Below, one piece after another: positions 62,552 to 64,000 of a stretch of DNA of 64,000 bases. Below the pieces are notes generated by a model, which ran no database searches, was not told the origin of the DNA, and saw only the letters and a list, made by a program, of their open reading frames with translations. The position numbers were made by a program, and so were the translations under genes. Source of the DNA: a virus; the IMG/VR virus record IMGVR_UViG_3300028844_003474, positions 10,144 to 74,143 of that record; one strand, given 5' to 3'. Positions within the stretch are counted from its first letter, which is position 1. Each line of letters starts with the position of its first letter.

Positions 62552-64000
62552 TTAAATCGTTTCAGATAAATTAAAATACCGGTTTTCTGTCATAGGAAAA
62601 GATTGTTCTTGAGGAACCATCCTATTTTCTGCAAAAAAACTAGAACCGCCTCCAGTATCCCTAGCCGAAGGAACTCCATCCTTTAACTGTTGAGCAAAGT
62701 TATATAGATTTAAACTATCCATATAAGCGGTAAGTGCAGGATCTTTAGAGCTCTCAACAAGTTTAGCTGGATCTGTTTCTCCGCCTTCTTCAAAGCTAAT
62801 CTTAACTGTATCAGGCTTAAACTCTTCCGGGTTTATAGGAAGACTTCCAAACATAGCCGGGTTGTACGGAGCCTGTACATTAGGAACTAACATATCCATT
62901 TTAGGCTCAGACTTCGGTTTAGGCTGAGCAGCTTCTGCTTTATACTTAGGTAATCCAAGTGCCTTAGCAGCTTTACGATGTATTTCAAAACTGTTTTGAC
63001 GAGTAGTTCGTAAAGAGTCTGCTCCCCTCCAATGATGGTCTGCCCAAAAATCTTTAAGTGGCTCTTCTCCCATTCCTAAAGCTGCAAGATCTACAGTTTT
63101 ATCCATGAGTTTATCTGCCATCCACAACATTTTTTGTTGCTCTACAGTAAGCTTAGAAAAATCTTCGGTTCCCTCAGCTGTATTCCATTTGGGATTTGGC
63201 TTTTTCCAAAGTTTAGATAAATCTCTAAGCCTGTTACTTGCAGCTAGTGCAGAAGGTTTATCGTATTGACCAATACCGCGACCTGGACCACTTCCCATTT
63301 GCTGCCTTTGCGGATCCATTCCAGACTCATGATAAGCCATAGTATCTATAGCTGCTTCAAAATCATAAGGATTCGCAGCAGTAGAACGAGTATCCGTCAT
63401 ATACTGGTTAATCATGTCTAGAGTTATGCTGTCACCTTTAGGAATGTACTTTGCTTTTGCAGGACCTTTTTTATCTCCACCTTGAACTAACCCCCCTTCT
63501 TCATAAATCTGGTCTTTAACGCCTTGAGTTGGAACGTTAGCTAAAATTTGTTTAGACTGAAGTCTTGTGCGTGCATTGTCTTTAGCAAGAATAGTTTTAG
63601 TTGTAAGCTCTTCTGCTCTTGCGTTATTTTCAAACTTTTTTCTTTGTATTTCTCCAATGCCTGCGCCTATAAGGCCTCCAGCCACTGTACCTAGAGGACC
63701 AATCATAGAACCCAAAGCAGCTCCTTGTAAAGCTCCTCCTCCCATAGCACCTAATCGACTATAGTTGCCATCCTTTTTATCTAGTTCTTGAATTCCTTTA
63801 CCTAAGAGACCTACTCCTAAACTTGCAGTCGCGCCAGCCTTAGAACCTAAAAAGGTTCCAAACTTAGTTCCAGCTTCTTTTGCACCAGCTGCTGCAACTT
63901 TAGCAGCTAGTTTTGGTCCAGCCTTTCCTGGAAGTTTAGACAAAAGCTTGGCTGCATGTGATTTAAAAACGTCTTCGCCTACTATTTTTTTAAGTGTACT
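62552..64000 (-). CDS. Putative virion cargo protein with a glycine zipper and a lysozyme/transglycosylase-like domain (5' end outside the window)
   Basis: Frame is open to the window edge (STLKKIVGEDVFKSHAAKLL...); glycine zipper 'GGALQGAALGSMIGPLGTVAGGLIGAGIG'; 'AYHESG...GPGRGIGQYD'. Confidence 0.6.
   Translation of the reverse strand, partial: STLKKIVGEDVFKSHAAKLLSKLPGKAGPKLAAKVAAAGAKEAGTKFGTFLGSKAGATASLGVGLLGKGIQELDKKDGNYSRLGAMGGGALQGAALGSMIGPLGTVAGGLIGAGIGEIQRKKFENNARAEELTTKTILAKDNARTRLQSKQILANVPTQGVKDQIYEEGGLVQGGDKKGPAKAKYIPKGDSITLDMINQYMTDTRSTAANPYDFEAAIDTMAYHESGMDPQRQQMGSGPGRGIGQYDKPSALAASNRLRDLSKLWKKPNPKWNTAEGTEDFSKLTVEQQKMLWMADKLMDKTVDLAALGMGEEPLKDFWADHHWRGADSLRTTRQNSFEIHRKAAKALGLPKYKAEAAQPKPKSEPKMDMLVPNVQAPYNPAMFGSLPINPEEFKPDTVKISFEEGGETDPAKLVESSKDPALTAYMDSLNLYNFAQQLKDGVPSARDTGGGSSFFAENRMVPQEQSFPMTENRYFNLSETI

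Noticed and set aside
42964-63764. Numerous short plus-strand and nested ORFs inside the giant minus-strand genes
   Set aside because: Antisense or alternate-frame shadows with no recognisable motifs.
1-64000. Stop-codon reassignment (TAG or TGA), known in some crAss-like phages
   Set aside because: All long genes are intact in the standard code, TGA and TAG both end genes at tight junctions, and there is no suppressor tRNA.

Overview
This window is 64 kb of a crAss-like (Crassvirales-type) bacteriophage genome read in the standard genetic code. The host is probably a Bacteroidota bacterium, likely an aquatic Flavobacteriales; this is inferred from A-rich translation starts without Shine-Dalgarno sequences, signal peptides cleaved at Ala-Gln, dockerin-like repeats and a spore photoproduct lyase. 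It has three blocks. (1) Positions 1-7.8 kb, minus strand: head and packaging module (major capsid N-terminus, scaffold-like protein, portal, TerL, putative TerS, HU/IHF-like protein), headed by a Tad1-like anti-defence sponge candidate. (2) Positions 7.8-42 kb, plus strand: the early/middle block, with a GC-richer first segment, three tRNAs, a highly structured non-coding region of about 400 nt, an amidase, PolA, two giant paralogous secreted dockerin-like proteins, helicases, primase, RusA/NinB, rIIA/rIIB, SplB and an exonuclease. (3) Positions 42-64 kb, minus strand: a 5286-aa virion RNA polymerase polyprotein and other virion cargo proteins, one of them apparently split by a +1 frameshift. 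The most notable observations are a five-copy intergenic motif AAAT(G/T)AA-N6-GC(G/T)A-N5-TAGC (candidate phage RNAP promoter), the candidate large pseudoknotted ncRNA, 9.3 kb of host-like exported dockerin-like proteins, a protein with an IF2 N-terminal-like domain and the Tad1-like gene. All family assignments come from motif recognition by eye; no searches were run.
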